A stretch of DNA of 18,393 nucleotides from a candidate division FCPU426 bacterium (GCA_963847625.1 CAWKAR010000042.1:1-18393); one strand, 5' to 3'. Counted from the stretch's first letter, positions 1 to 9,501 are shown. Notes: a model not told the origin generated them from the letters alone. Made by a program: numbers and translations.

Positions 1-239
1 GAATAATAACAATAATACTGCACCTAAATTATAAATTTCATTTCTGCGTCACCGAATTCAAAACCGCTTCTTTATCCGCCTGTGAAACTGAAATCTTGTA
101 ATCCCAAGGGCCTGCAATTATTTGCCCGGTTCCATCCTGGTTCTGGATAATCAATGGAATTAAATCGGGATTAATGATTTTGGGGTCAGGCACCAACGTT
201 GGAATTTGTTTAGAATTCCTCGAACCTTTTGCGGCGGTT

Positions 240-311
240 ATTGAAAACTCTTCCGGAGAATTTGACCTGATTCACCCCAGCTTCTCCCCTGATTTCTTCC
301 GCGAAGTACCA
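240..311 (+). repeat. Direct repeat A, copy 1 (~72 bp)
   Basis: ATTGAAAACTcTTCCGGAGAATTTGACCTGATTCAC...ATTTCTTCCGCGAAGTaCCA recurs at 2851-2921 with about 90% identity by manual alignment. Confidence 0.92.
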
Positions 312-483
312 AGGAAACCTCGTTAAATGCTGGCTAAAAACCTTAAATCTTCCGGATTTTTTCATAGGTGATAAAATATATGAAATAAAAACAAATTTTG
401 ACCGTTTGTTGATGGAAAATGTGAATAGAAATATTTAATCCTATGACGCATTTTCGGATTGTGGGTCGGATTCCGAGGCGAGT

Positions 484-2814
484 ATGAATCAAAAGCCGGT
501 TTTTGATGTAACAGCCCTTGTGGTTTTAGGGGTTTTAATCCTGATGGCTGGATGCTCCAATAAATTAAATATGCCTTCCTTGCCAATATTACACCCGGCG
601 AATACCCCAACCAACACGCCGACACAAACACCCACTATTACTTCTGACCCAGGAACCGAAACTTATACATTCACTGCCACGCCCACGAATACGGCAACCC
701 CAACCCCGACAAGAACGAATTCCCCTACTAATACTGTCACAACTATATCGACAAGCACATCAGGGTACACACCAACCTCAACGCCCACGCCTACCCCAAC
801 AATCACACCCACCCCGACTCCGACCAACACGCCGACCAACACCCTCACTTCGACCCTCACCATGATGGGAACGTTTTCGTTCACGCCCACCCCGTCCAAC
901 ACACCAACGCGAACATATACACCCACGTCCACGGCCACACCGACTGCAATACTCACAGATACTTCCACCAATACTCCCACGCCATGGCCGACTGGCGTTC
1001 CCACTTATACTTCCACCCTTACCCCGACCCAGACCGATACGTACACCCCCACCACTACTTTCACCTCAACTCTCACGCCGACGATTACCCTAACTCCGAC
1101 AATTACTCTTACGCCGACGATCACGCTAACCCTGACGGACACATGGACACCCACTCCCACCATTACGAGAACGATAACAAACACACCTACTATCACCAAT
1201 AGTCCCACGCCATGGCCGACAGGCGTTCCTACCTATACTTTCACCAACACCCCAACGCCGACCCCCACCCCAACGTCCACCAACACGCAAATCCCCACCC
1301 CGACGTCCACCCCGACCTACACGTCGACACCATCTACAACATCTACACCAACCATTACCAATAGTCCCACGCCATGGCCGACAGGCGTTCCCACATATAC
1401 TTTCACCGTTACTTCGACCCCAACCATTACGGCCACCCCGCCGTCCAACCTCCTGCTGATCGACGATATGGCGGATGGGGACAATCAAATCGTTTTAGTG
1501 GAAGGCAGGAATGGTTATTGGTCCACGATTATTGATACATATGGATCAACGATTTGGCCCTCTGCCGGCGCTTCCTTCACCATGTCCTCACCGGGAAGCG
1601 GCACTACCAGTTCAGCCTATTGCGCCCGGATGACCGGCACTGTTGCGCAGATAGTCAATGGGAATTATCCATTCGCGGGCATGGGGGCTGATTTCACAGC
1701 AACGGGAACTTATGACATTACCGAAAACGTACCCGGCGCCACAGGAGTTGTTTTCAACCTGAAAGCGGTCTTCACCGGGGCTGGGTTAGGTATTTCGCCT
1801 CCGGTCAGGTTCATGATCACGGACGCTGCGACAACCCAAAGCGATGACGGAAACGGGGTGAACTTGACGCCGGTAAACGGCAATTGGAATGCCGTGACTG
1901 TATTCTTCAACCAGATGATGACCACGGGCAGGAGCGTCAGCCAAACCCATGTTTTGGACTTAACCACGGCTTATCAACTCCAGTGGGAGGTGACCTACCC
2001 TGGCGCGAATTACGACGTATCTGTAGACGATGTCATGTTTACAACGGCCACGCCTCCGGCGGCGGCCGTGCCTCCAAATTGGCCCCCGGCCTTAATCGAT
2101 AATTGTGAACAGGGATCGAGTTCCAGTCTGATAAACAGTGGACGGGGCGGGCCTTGGTTCACTATGGGGGATAACGCCAATAACTGTCCTCCCAACAACT
2201 GGACTTACCTAAACATGGCCACCCAAGATGTAATTTGGCCCCCGAACAACGGGGCGCCTTTCATCATGAGCCCGGGAGGCGACGCCATCAGCCCGAATTA
2301 CTGCGCGCGCATCACTGGCACCGGAATGGTGAGCGCAAGTCCATATCCCTTTCCAACCTTGGGTTTGCATTTCCTGCCGCAGATCCCCAATGCCAATGCG
2401 GGTTGCCCGCTCGGGACAGGAAACGATGCCCTTTATGATATCGACACATCCCCCGGCGGGCCTTATACCGGGTTCCAGTTTTGGGCAAAGGTGGGGGCTG
2501 GAAGCCAGACGATTGTGGAAGTAATGGGTGTTGATGCCACGACTGACCCCAATATAGTGTCACAGCAATGTTCTTTTATGAACCCGAACAACTGCGACAC
2601 CATGGATTGGTGTAATGCGAATCACTGTTATGAGATAAATGGCTTAACGACCACTTGGGTTCAATACCAGGTACCTTTTACCAGTATCATTAATCCGGCT
2701 TGGTGCACCCACAACCCCCAGGCAACATTTAAAACAAGCCAGGCGGTTGGAATTCAATGGCAATTCTCGTCTGGCGCATTTGATTTCTCGGTGGACGATG
2801 TCAGCTTTTATTGA
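484..2814 (+). CDS. Surface lipoprotein with a long Thr/Pro-rich linker and two tandem galactose-binding-like (CBM11/CIA30-like) beta-sandwich domains
   Basis: 776 aa. Hydrophobic signal ends in lipobox LMAG|C (Cys24, codon 553-555), followed by a ~280 aa T/P-rich stalk. The two homologous domains begin LIDD/LIDN..GRxGxW and end [10 protein letters not shown] / [11 protein letters not shown], a pattern typical of CBM11-like domains. No catalytic domain recognised. Confidence 0.8.
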   Translation: MNQKPVFDVTALVVLGVLILMAGCSNKLNMPSLPILHPANTPTNTPTQTPTITSDPGTETYTFTATPTNTATPTPTRTNSPTNTVTTISTSTSGYTPTSTPTPTPTITPTPTPTNTPTNTLTSTLTMMGTFSFTPTPSNTPTRTYTPTSTATPTAILTDTSTNTPTPWPTGVPTYTSTLTPTQTDTYTPTTTFTSTLTPTITLTPTITLTPTITLTLTDTWTPTPTITRTITNTPTITNSPTPWPTGVPTYTFTNTPTPTPTPTSTNTQIPTPTSTPTYTSTPSTTSTPTITNSPTPWPTGVPTYTFTVTSTPTITATPPSNLLLIDDMADGDNQIVLVEGRNGYWSTIIDTYGSTIWPSAGASFTMSSPGSGTTSSAYCARMTGTVAQIVNGNYPFAGMGADFTATGTYDITENVPGATGVVFNLKAVFTGAGLGISPPVRFMITDAATTQSDDGNGVNLTPVNGNWNAVTVFFNQMMTTGRSVSQTHVLDLTTAYQLQWEVTYPGANYDVSVDDVMFTTATPPAAAVPPNWPPALIDNCEQGSSSSLINSGRGGPWFTMGDNANNCPPNNWTYLNMATQDVIWPPNNGAPFIMSPGGDAISPNYCARITGTGMVSASPYPFPTLGLHFLPQIPNANAGCPLGTGNDALYDIDTSPGGPYTGFQFWAKVGAGSQTIVEVMGVDATTDPNIVSQQCSFMNPNNCDTMDWCNANHCYEINGLTTTWVQYQVPFTSIINPAWCTHNPQATFKTSQAVGIQWQFSSGAFDFSVDDVSFY
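967..1407 (+). repeat. Three ~51-nt intragenic repeats encoding TN(T/S)[12 protein letters not shown](S/F)T
   Basis: Near-identical DNA copies at 967-1017, 1195-1245 and 1357-1407 (core CCCACGCCATGGCCGAC(T/A)GGCGTTCC). Confidence 0.9.
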
Positions 2815-2850
2815 TCGCCAGTTTATAAGTAACTTCATATTGCTAAGGCG

Positions 2851-2921
2851 ATTGAAAACTATTCCGGAGAATTTGACCTGATTCACTCCGGCTTCCCCCC
2901 AATTTCTTCCGCGAAGTTCCA
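2851..2921 (+). repeat. Direct repeat A, copy 2
   Basis: Matches 240-311 and starts about 37 nt after the lipoprotein stop codon. Confidence 0.92.
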
Positions 2922-3195
2922 TCGCTATCTTGCTTCATTTCCAGCTTTTCCAGACCCGTTCCGACTCTTTCCACTGCAATTACAGCTTGTTTTTCTGTTA
3001 CTAAAACCAAACCATGTCACTGTCTTGTTGGCGTTTGACCAAGTACTCCCGCGATGCAAAACCATCGTTAAAGAAAATCTTCACGGGGAGGATTCGCCGC
3101 GGGATAGGCCAGCCCCATATAGACAATAACGAAATGGAATATTAAGTTAGCGGTATAATTAATATTAAGTTTCCCGATAACTTCGCTGGACAAGG

Positions 3196-3213
3196 TCATC
3201 TGGGAAATGACGG
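3196..3213 (-). mobile_element. Possible orphan IS1380-type terminal inverted repeat (right-end remnant)
   Basis: The reverse complement CCGTCATTTCCCAGATGA matches the IS left end CCCGGATTTCCCAGATGA (17411-17428) at 15/18 positions, with 13 contiguous identities. No transposase nearby. Confidence 0.45.
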
Positions 3214-3269
3214 TGAAATAGCCAAAGTTTTTTTAATTGTAATTCCAAAAATCTAGAACCGAAATAAAT

Positions 3270-5471
3270 ATGCCTTTTATGAAGTTCGGTAAAATGATCC
3301 GGATATTTTTGATTGGAATCGCCCTGGCTTTGGAATGTGCGATCTCTGCTGCGGCTCAATGCACCATAACGGGCGCGACACTTTATTACCAAGATGACGA
3401 TTATGGCCAAGTTTATCTCAATGGTGACCTGCTATTGACGTCCAGTATTTCATGCCTTAACACCCAGTTAACCTATGTCCTCACCCCGGCGGAAATAGCC
3501 CTTCTGGCTGCAGCACCCGGTGAAAACATATTGGCGGTTTACGACACTGACATTTGCGGGGCATTGAGCTGTACAACTTGGGACCTTCAAATCACCTATT
3601 CGAACTGCGCTACACAGGATGTTGCGAGTGACGGCACCTGCACCAAGGATTTTTACGCTGGAATTTATCCAAGTTCCGTTTTCCCAACAGGTTGGAACAA
3701 TTTGAGTTTCGACGACAGCGCTTGGGGTGGCGTCTATACGGCCATCAGCGATCAATACGGACCTCCCCCCAAAACACCCTACTTTGTTACCTCTGGAGGA
3801 GCCACCATCCCTTGGATTTGGGGGGAAAACTCCTTTGTGACCCGGAATACTGGTGATGGATATTTGTTCCGCCAATATTTTACCCTCGGCAATTCCAGCG
3901 CCTGCGCCTTCACACCTCTACCGACGCCTACGGTCATTGGCGCGCCCACCGCCACGCCCACCCCGACCCCGACTATCACACCCACAGCAACATCGTCATG
4001 CGTTATCTCTGGCGCGACCCTTTTTTTCGCAAATGATGATTATGGTGACTATTACCTAAATGGCACTCTTATCGCTTCCTGCCCCACTGCTTCATGTACT
4101 GGTACGTCTTGTTCTTCATATTCCCATATCCTCACTACTGCGGAATTAAACCTTTTAAATCCAACGCCTAGCGAAAATATTTTGGCGGACTATATCACTG
4201 ATGAGGGCGGCGGTGGTTCCGGCGGCACTTGGGACCTCCGGATCACTTATACAAACTGCGGCACACAAGATGTCATAAGCGATGGGACTTGCATCAAATC
4301 TTATTACGCTGGAAATTTTTATGGCACCCCCGTTCCAGTCGCCACCCCCTCAGGTTGGACTAGTTTGGGTTTCAATGACAGTTTATGGAACGGCGTTTAT
4401 GCATCTTTGAACAGCCCTTTTCTTGGTACTTGCCCATATGGATGGCCAACTTTAACGACAGCAGGTGGAACCACCATCCCTTATGTCTGGGGGGTAAACT
4501 CCTTTAATGTCCAGATTCAGGGTGACGGTTACCTATTCCGCCAATATTTTACCCTCGGCAATTCCGGCGCCTGCCCCTTTACGCCTTTACCGACGCCTAC
4601 GGTCTTTGGCGCGCCTACCGCCACGTCCACCCCTTCACCGACATTGACTGTTACACCGACACCGTCATCTACAGTGACTCCCACACCAACCCCCACCCTC
4701 ACGCCCACACCGACCCAAACCCCCACTCCCACCGCCACTTCGACGGATACGAAGACACTTACCCCGACGCTGACCAATACTTCCACCCCCACAGTGACAT
4801 ACACTCCGACGTATACTAAGACTTCTACTCCGACCAAGACCTCAACGCCCACTTCCACGCCAATCTTCACCCCCACGATCACCGACACCTTTACGGTCAC
4901 TAACACGCCCACGATTACCCTTACACCTACATTAACTTTCACCCGGACTCCCACTTATACTTTCACGGCTACTGATACTTGGACCAATACCCCCACACCC
5001 ACGAATACGCGGACCCCCACTCCCACCCGCACGCCGACACTTACATCTACCATTACCGATACATTCACGGTTACCAGCTCCCCCACGATTACTTTTACGC
5101 CCACTCCAACCGCCACCCCGACCGCTACGGACACGCCATGCGGATATCCTGGCAACACCTGTACGCCCACTTTTACGCCTGTCTATACCGACATCTTTTA
5201 CATATCCGAAAATGTTTTTAGCCCATCAGATCCGGTTTCCATATTCGTGGAATACAAACAATTTCCCGGTAATTATTCCCTGAGGATTTATAATTCAGCC
5301 GGGGAACACATCAAAACGCTGGATGAGCAGCATCTGGAAGCCCCGATATCCGCATCTTACCAATGGGACGGGAAGAATAAATTTGGGGATCCATGCGCAA
5401 GTGGGGTTTACATTTTCTATCTGGTCGAACCCTATGACCGGAAAACCAAAAGGGCCCTTCTATTAAAGTAG
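3270..5471 (+). CDS. Secreted protein: two tandem lectin-like (CBM67 / rhamnosidase N-terminal-like) jelly-roll domains, Thr/Pro-rich linker, C-terminal FlgD-Ig / T9SS-CTD-like domain
   Basis: 733 aa. Sec signal ends ..SAAA|Q. Each ~223-aa repeat carries DD-YG-x-YLNG, ENILA, ITY..QDV.SDG, GW...F(D/N)DS.W, IP(W/Y)(I/V)WG and YLFRQYFTL. The C-terminus [14 protein letters not shown]...[20 protein letters not shown]...RALLLK is the FlgD_ig/CTD pattern. Start may be a downstream Met (3279 or 3294). Confidence 0.8.
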   Translation: MPFMKFGKMIRIFLIGIALALECAISAAAQCTITGATLYYQDDDYGQVYLNGDLLLTSSISCLNTQLTYVLTPAEIALLAAAPGENILAVYDTDICGALSCTTWDLQITYSNCATQDVASDGTCTKDFYAGIYPSSVFPTGWNNLSFDDSAWGGVYTAISDQYGPPPKTPYFVTSGGATIPWIWGENSFVTRNTGDGYLFRQYFTLGNSSACAFTPLPTPTVIGAPTATPTPTPTITPTATSSCVISGATLFFANDDYGDYYLNGTLIASCPTASCTGTSCSSYSHILTTAELNLLNPTPSENILADYITDEGGGGSGGTWDLRITYTNCGTQDVISDGTCIKSYYAGNFYGTPVPVATPSGWTSLGFNDSLWNGVYASLNSPFLGTCPYGWPTLTTAGGTTIPYVWGVNSFNVQIQGDGYLFRQYFTLGNSGACPFTPLPTPTVFGAPTATSTPSPTLTVTPTPSSTVTPTPTPTLTPTPTQTPTPTATSTDTKTLTPTLTNTSTPTVTYTPTYTKTSTPTKTSTPTSTPIFTPTITDTFTVTNTPTITLTPTLTFTRTPTYTFTATDTWTNTPTPTNTRTPTPTRTPTLTSTITDTFTVTSSPTITFTPTPTATPTATDTPCGYPGNTCTPTFTPVYTDIFYISENVFSPSDPVSIFVEYKQFPGNYSLRIYNSAGEHIKTLDEQHLEAPISASYQWDGKNKFGDPCASGVYIFYLVEPYDRKTKRALLLK
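3867..4625 (+). repeat. 90-nt intragenic direct repeat at the ends of the two lectin-like domains
   Basis: 3867-3956 vs 4536-4625: 83/90 identical with the first 30 nt perfect. Offset 669 nt (223 codons). Confidence 0.9.
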
Positions 5472-5717
5472 GCTTGATCCATGATTAGAATGAAAAACCG
5501 GGGTCAGGCTGAACCTATTGAGAAGGATATGTCCCCTAAAAATAAAATTTGGAATGAAGAATTAGGAACCCATTCGAGGCACTTCGTTTACTCAGGGCGG
5601 ATTAAGAGTTAACCACAAAACATCAATAGCATTGAAGCGACATCCTCCCCCTAATTTTTTCCGTGGATTGAAAACCGGGGGGTTTAGTACCCGGGTGTGA
5701 GAGATTTGAGGCTCGAT

Positions 5718-5813
5718 GCCGATTCAGGGAAACAAAAAGCAGGAAAGAACGATCAGGACCCCGCCCCGGACCATCCGGCTGACGTTTTGAGTTTTTCCCC
5801 CGCCAAGGCATAT
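5718..5813 (-). pseudogene. Repeat B copy 1: decayed 3' half of the 47-aa gene at 9602-9745
   Basis: About 89% identical to 9597-9693. Has a 2-nt deletion in the A run, retains the TGA stop, and lacks the 5' part of the gene. Confidence 0.85.
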
Positions 5814-5839
5814 CCATCCGGAAATAATGTTGCCTACAC

Positions 5840-5895
5840 TTGTTTGCAAGAGATATTAATTGTAAGATATATTTAGAAAAAACTAGCATGAGGTG
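5840..5895 (+). promoter_or_regulatory. Putative sigma70 promoter and RBS of the TA operon
   Basis: TTGTTT (5840-5845), 17 nt spacer, TAAGAT (5863-5868) in an AT-rich tract. GAGGTG at 5890-5895 precedes ATG 5900. Confidence 0.45.
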
Positions 5896-5899
5896 TTAG

Positions 5900-6127
5900 A
5901 TGGCCAAGACCCGAGCATTCGCGACTCGTCTTCCCTTCGAGCTTACGCACGCCCTGGATGAAACTTGCCGCAGGCTGGGATTGCGCAAGAATTACGTGGT
6001 GGAAACGGCTCTTAAGGAAAAACTGGAAGACCTATTGGACGCAGAGGATTTGAAAGCGGCCGTCCAGAGCGCCACCGGTTTTCATCCGTGGGATGAAGTG
6101 AAAAAGGGCCTGAAGGGAAGGGCCTAA
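5900..6127 (+). CDS. Type II antitoxin, ribbon-helix-helix (CopG/RelB-like)
   Basis: 75 aa with an N-terminal beta-strand then helices (FATRLPFELTHALDETCRRLGLRKNYVVETAL) and an acidic C-half ending ..PWDEVKKGL. Lies directly upstream of a RelE-like gene and has a good RBS. Confidence 0.85.
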   Translation: MAKTRAFATRLPFELTHALDETCRRLGLRKNYVVETALKEKLEDLLDAEDLKAAVQSATGFHPWDEVKKGLKGRA

Positions 6128-6130
6128 CCC

Positions 6131-6400
6131 TTGCCTTACCGGTTGGAGTTGGAGACGCACGCACGACGGGAGCTGTTGGATTTGCCAAAAAACGTCCAGG
6201 GGCTCGTCATTCCCGTTTTGGATGACCTGCAGAAAGAACCCCGACCCCCCGGTGCCAAGAAGATCACGGGGCATCCGGGATACCGTGTCCGAAAGGGCCA
6301 GTATCGAATCCTTTATACAGTGGATGACACTCAGAAATGGGTCCGGGTATACCGAATAGCGCATCGCCGCGATGTCTACCGCAATCTTAAAGAAGCATAA
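6131..6400 (+). CDS. Type II toxin, RelE/ParE (RelE/StbE) family
   Basis: 89 aa, TTG start 3 nt after the antitoxin stop. Motifs PRPPGAKKITG..YRVRKGQYRILYTVDD...VYRIAHRRDVYR are typical of the RelE family. Confidence 0.92.
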   Translation: MPYRLELETHARRELLDLPKNVQGLVIPVLDDLQKEPRPPGAKKITGHPGYRVRKGQYRILYTVDDTQKWVRVYRIAHRRDVYRNLKEA

Positions 6401-6445
6401 GATAAGACTTGCCCGAAAAACAAATATCCGAAATAAAAATATGCC

Positions 6446-6540
6446 GAAGCCGATTCGGGAAAACAAATAGCGGGAAAGAACGATCAAGACCCCGCCCCAG
6501 ACCATCAGGCTGACGTTTTGGGTTTTTCCCCCCCGCCAAA
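6446..6540 (-). pseudogene. Repeat B copy 2: decayed 3' half of the 47-aa gene
   Basis: Reads WRGGKTQNVSLMVWGGVLIVLSRYLFS on the minus strand. Stop TGA has mutated to CGA and the 5' part is absent. Begins about 20 nt downstream of the MFS stop. Confidence 0.85.
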
Positions 6541-6560
6541 CCGGAATTTCGTTGAAGGGT

Positions 6561-8138
6561 TCAATCCGGCACTTCGATGCTGTCCAGCCTCCCCGCGCGG
6601 TGTATGTTCTTGGAAGGCAGGAACAGCGCCGGTATCAGGGCCGTCATGATGATGACGGCACCCACGATGAAGGAGTCCTCGTACGCCGCGACGGTGGTCA
6701 TTTTGAAGAGATGACGTGCCACGACGGCACCAGCCCCCCTCATGGAGTCGGCATGCGAAAGGCCCAGGGCATGGAGCCGTCCGGCCATGCTCGAGAGAGA
6801 GGCTTGGGAAGCGGGGGTCAGGTTGCTCCAGGCGGAAGCCGCCAACCCCTGGTGGAAAACCTCGCGGTGGCTCAAGACAGCGCCCAAAACCCCGATGCCG
6901 ACGGACCCCGCCACCTGTTGGGTCAGCGTCAGCATGGAGGAGGCCATGCCCGCCTGGTCTTTGGGGACGCTGTTCAAAGCCGTCACCATGACCGGGGTGA
7001 TCAAAAGCGCGATGCCTACTCCCCGGACGAGGGTGGGCTGGACCACGTCCCAAATGCTGGTGTTGATGTCCAGCGTCCGGTAAGCGTACATGGAATAAGC
7101 CACGATCAAGATCCCGAGCAGGGTTGGCCAGAGGGGCCCGACGCGGTCGATGAGTTTTCCGGCCATGGGCATCACCAGGGCGGCGGCCAGGGCGCCGGGG
7201 AGCAGGATCATTCCGCTGGTAATCTCGTCCAAGCCCATGATTTGCATGAGGAAAAGGGGGAGAAGAAAGGTACTCCCGAAAAGGGCCACGGAGCGGGCGC
7301 CTTGAACCATGATGCAGGCGGAATAAACCGGGGATTTCAAGAGCCTAATGTCCAAGATGCCGTGGGGAGTAAGGGTCTCCACCACCGTGAAGCCCACAAA
7401 ACCGGTAAAGGCCAGGCCCCAGCAGGTATAGATGAAGCGTGAAGACCATCCTTCCTCCTCCCCCTGGCTCAAGCCCAGCAGGAACGAAACCAGGAACAAC
7501 GACAGGAAGAGGAAGCCCGCAAAATCAAAGGGGTGTTTGTGGGCATGCTCGGAGGCTTTATCCTCCCGCAAGAGGATGAGGGTCAGGACAATCCCTATGA
7601 TTCCAAAGGGCAAGGTCGAGGAGAATACGGACCGCCACCCGAATTGGTCGCTCAGGTAACCGCCCAAGGTCGGGCCGAAAGCGGGCCCGACAATCACGCC
7701 CAGCCCCCAGTAACCGATGGCCATCCCCCGTTCGTGGGGTTCGAAGACCTCCGCGATCATGGCCAATCCGGTGGGGGTGATGGCGCCCCCTCCCAGGGCC
7801 TGAAGCACGCGGGCCGCCACCAGGGAAGGGAGGTTCCAGGACATGGCGCAGAGCAGGGATCCCAGGGTGAAGACGAACAGGCTCCCCGCGTAAAGCCGCT
7901 TGTAGCCGGCATGCTCCCTCAGCCAGGCCGTCAAGGGCATCAGCGTGGCAAAAGCCAGCATGTAGCCCGTCACCACCCATTCGATGTCGTTCAAGGGCGA
8001 ACCGAAGTCGGCCATGATGTCGGGCAGGGAAACATTGACGATGCTCTGGCTCAAGGCGGCGATGAGGGAGCCGATCATGACGACCCCCAGCACTTCCCAT
8101 TTGTAGGCGGTGCCGGAAACACCATGGGTGTTCGGCAT
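6561..8138 (-). CDS. DHA2 family (EmrB/QacA-like) MFS efflux transporter
   Basis: 525 aa, about 14 hydrophobic segments. Motifs IVNVSLPDIMADFG, WVVTGYMLA, ARVLQALGGG and GPAFGPTLGGYL. Start overlaps the HlyD stop (TGATG). Confidence 0.95.
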   Translation of the reverse strand: MPNTHGVSGTAYKWEVLGVVMIGSLIAALSQSIVNVSLPDIMADFGSPLNDIEWVVTGYMLAFATLMPLTAWLREHAGYKRLYAGSLFVFTLGSLLCAMSWNLPSLVAARVLQALGGGAITPTGLAMIAEVFEPHERGMAIGYWGLGVIVGPAFGPTLGGYLSDQFGWRSVFSSTLPFGIIGIVLTLILLREDKASEHAHKHPFDFAGFLFLSLFLVSFLLGLSQGEEEGWSSRFIYTCWGLAFTGFVGFTVVETLTPHGILDIRLLKSPVYSACIMVQGARSVALFGSTFLLPLFLMQIMGLDEITSGMILLPGALAAALVMPMAGKLIDRVGPLWPTLLGILIVAYSMYAYRTLDINTSIWDVVQPTLVRGVGIALLITPVMVTALNSVPKDQAGMASSMLTLTQQVAGSVGIGVLGAVLSHREVFHQGLAASAWSNLTPASQASLSSMAGRLHALGLSHADSMRGAGAVVARHLFKMTTVAAYEDSFIVGAVIIMTALIPALFLPSKNIHRAGRLDSIEVPD

Positions 8139-9010
8139 CAGTTGACCTTTATTCTTATTTCCACCGACTGCCCGGCTTTCAGGACGCGGCCCGGGTGGGG
8201 GTCCAGCCCCACTTTGATGGGGATGCGCTGGACCAGCTTGATGAAATTGCCCGAGGCGTTCTCGGCCGGAAGCAGGGCAAATTGGGCGGCCGTGGCGGTC
8301 GTCACTTCCAAGACATTGCCCGTCAGGTTTTCCCCCTCGTCCACGTGGATCTTAACCGGCTGGCCCGCCTTCACTTTGCCCACGTAGACTTCCTGGATGT
8401 TGGCCGACACCCAGGCGTGGTCCACGTCCGCCACCACCAAAGCCACCTGGCCCGATTCCAGCAGGTTCCCCACGATCCCGATTTTCTCCACCACGATCCC
8501 GTCCACCGGACTTTTCAAATAGGTATGATCCAAGGCGTTCTGGGCCAATAGCAGGTCGGCTTGGGCCGATTGGGCGTTGGCTTGGGCGGCTTGGTCATCC
8601 CGGAAAGCCAGGGCGCCCTGCTTGTAAAGCCGGCCGGCGCGGGCGAAATCAGCCTGGGCCAGGGTTGCGCGAGCCTGGGCTTTCAGGAGCTGGGACTGGT
8701 AAACGGTATGTTCCAACTCCGCCAAAACCTGGCCCCGCCCGACGCGGTCCCCCTCGGTCACGTTGACCTTCAAGACCGTCCCGCTCACCCCGTCGGGGGC
8801 GATGCGGACCAGGTCCTCGGCCACCCTGGCGTCATCGGTGGTTACGTAAGGCCGGAAGGCGAAAAACCAAACCACCAAGCCGGTGACCACCGCCGCCAAA
8901 AAAGCCAAACCCGAGTTTTTCGCCAGCTTGGACCGCCACCAGGGATTACGCGCGGCATGCGGGCGGATCTCGGGATGTCCGTCCGTTTTATCGACCGTTT
9001 GGGGGTTCAT
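8138..9010 (-). CDS. HlyD/EmrA-family periplasmic adaptor protein
   Basis: 290 aa with an N-terminal TM. Motifs YVTTDDARV, lipoyl half-motifs (V.EGDRVGRGQVL; LKSPVDGIV) and FALLPAENASGNFIKLVQRIPIKV. Start overlaps the MarR stop (ATGA). Confidence 0.95.
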   Translation of the reverse strand: MNPQTVDKTDGHPEIRPHAARNPWWRSKLAKNSGLAFLAAVVTGLVVWFFAFRPYVTTDDARVAEDLVRIAPDGVSGTVLKVNVTEGDRVGRGQVLAELEHTVYQSQLLKAQARATLAQADFARAGRLYKQGALAFRDDQAAQANAQSAQADLLLAQNALDHTYLKSPVDGIVVEKIGIVGNLLESGQVALVVADVDHAWVSANIQEVYVGKVKAGQPVKIHVDEGENLTGNVLEVTTATAAQFALLPAENASGNFIKLVQRIPIKVGLDPHPGRVLKAGQSVEIRIKVN

Positions 9011-9501
9011 GCGTTTCTCCTGTGCGGGTTATTTGCCATGGGGATGGCTTCGTTTTTTTCCACCGAAAGGTATTGGAACAATTTTTTAAGGATATTCGAA
9101 AACCGCGTTTTTTCGCCGGCGGAAAGGGCCTTCAGGGAGCCTTCGGACAGAAGCAGGTAAATCCTCTCGACTTCCACGGTCAGTCTTTGGCCCCGGGGGG
9201 TCAGGGCCAGCACCCAGCGCCTCTTATCCGTGGGATGCTCCTTTTGGCTCACGAGGCCCCCTCCCAGCAGGACGTTGACCACCCGGGTCATGGCCGCGGG
9301 GTCGGTCATGGTGTCGCGGGAAAGTTCGGCCAACGAGGCTTTGCCCCGTTTGGCGAGAAAACGCAATAGGGAAGCCTGTTTGACCCCCAAACCCAGGGGC
9401 CTTAAGGCATTGGAAAAATGAAGGTTCAGGGCCCGCCGGAAGCGGGCGAAATCCTCCAGCAGGAGAAGGTCGGGATTGGATTGGACAGGCTTGGATTTCA
9501 T
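9007..9501 (-). CDS. MarR family transcriptional regulator
   Basis: Winged HTH with DPAAMTRVVNVL...HPTDKRRWVLALTPRG. Start placed at ATG 9501 (MKSKP) because the 9 extra codons of the 9528 start fall within a palindromic operator-like site. Confidence 0.92.
   Translation of the reverse strand: MKSKPVQSNPDLLLLEDFARFRRALNLHFSNALRPLGLGVKQASLLRFLAKRGKASLAELSRDTMTDPAAMTRVVNVLLGGGLVSQKEHPTDKRRWVLALTPRGQRLTVEVERIYLLLSEGSLKALSAGEKTRFSNILKKLFQYLSVEKNEAIPMANNPHRRNA

Noticed and set aside
3033..3072. Patchy similarity to the end of repeat A (TTTGACC, CCGCGA, CCATCGTTAAA)
   Set aside because: Only short blocks with inconsistent spacing; not distinguishable from chance.
663..5170. Minus-strand VGVGV-rich ORFs (663-1004, 1005-1208, 3779-3985, 4529-4954, 4955-5170)
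   Set aside because: Antisense shadows of the Thr/Pro codon tracts.
6032..6505. 157-aa minus-strand ORF starting MVWGGVLIV
   Set aside because: Read-through from decayed repeat B2 (TGA to CGA) running antisense across the TA genes.
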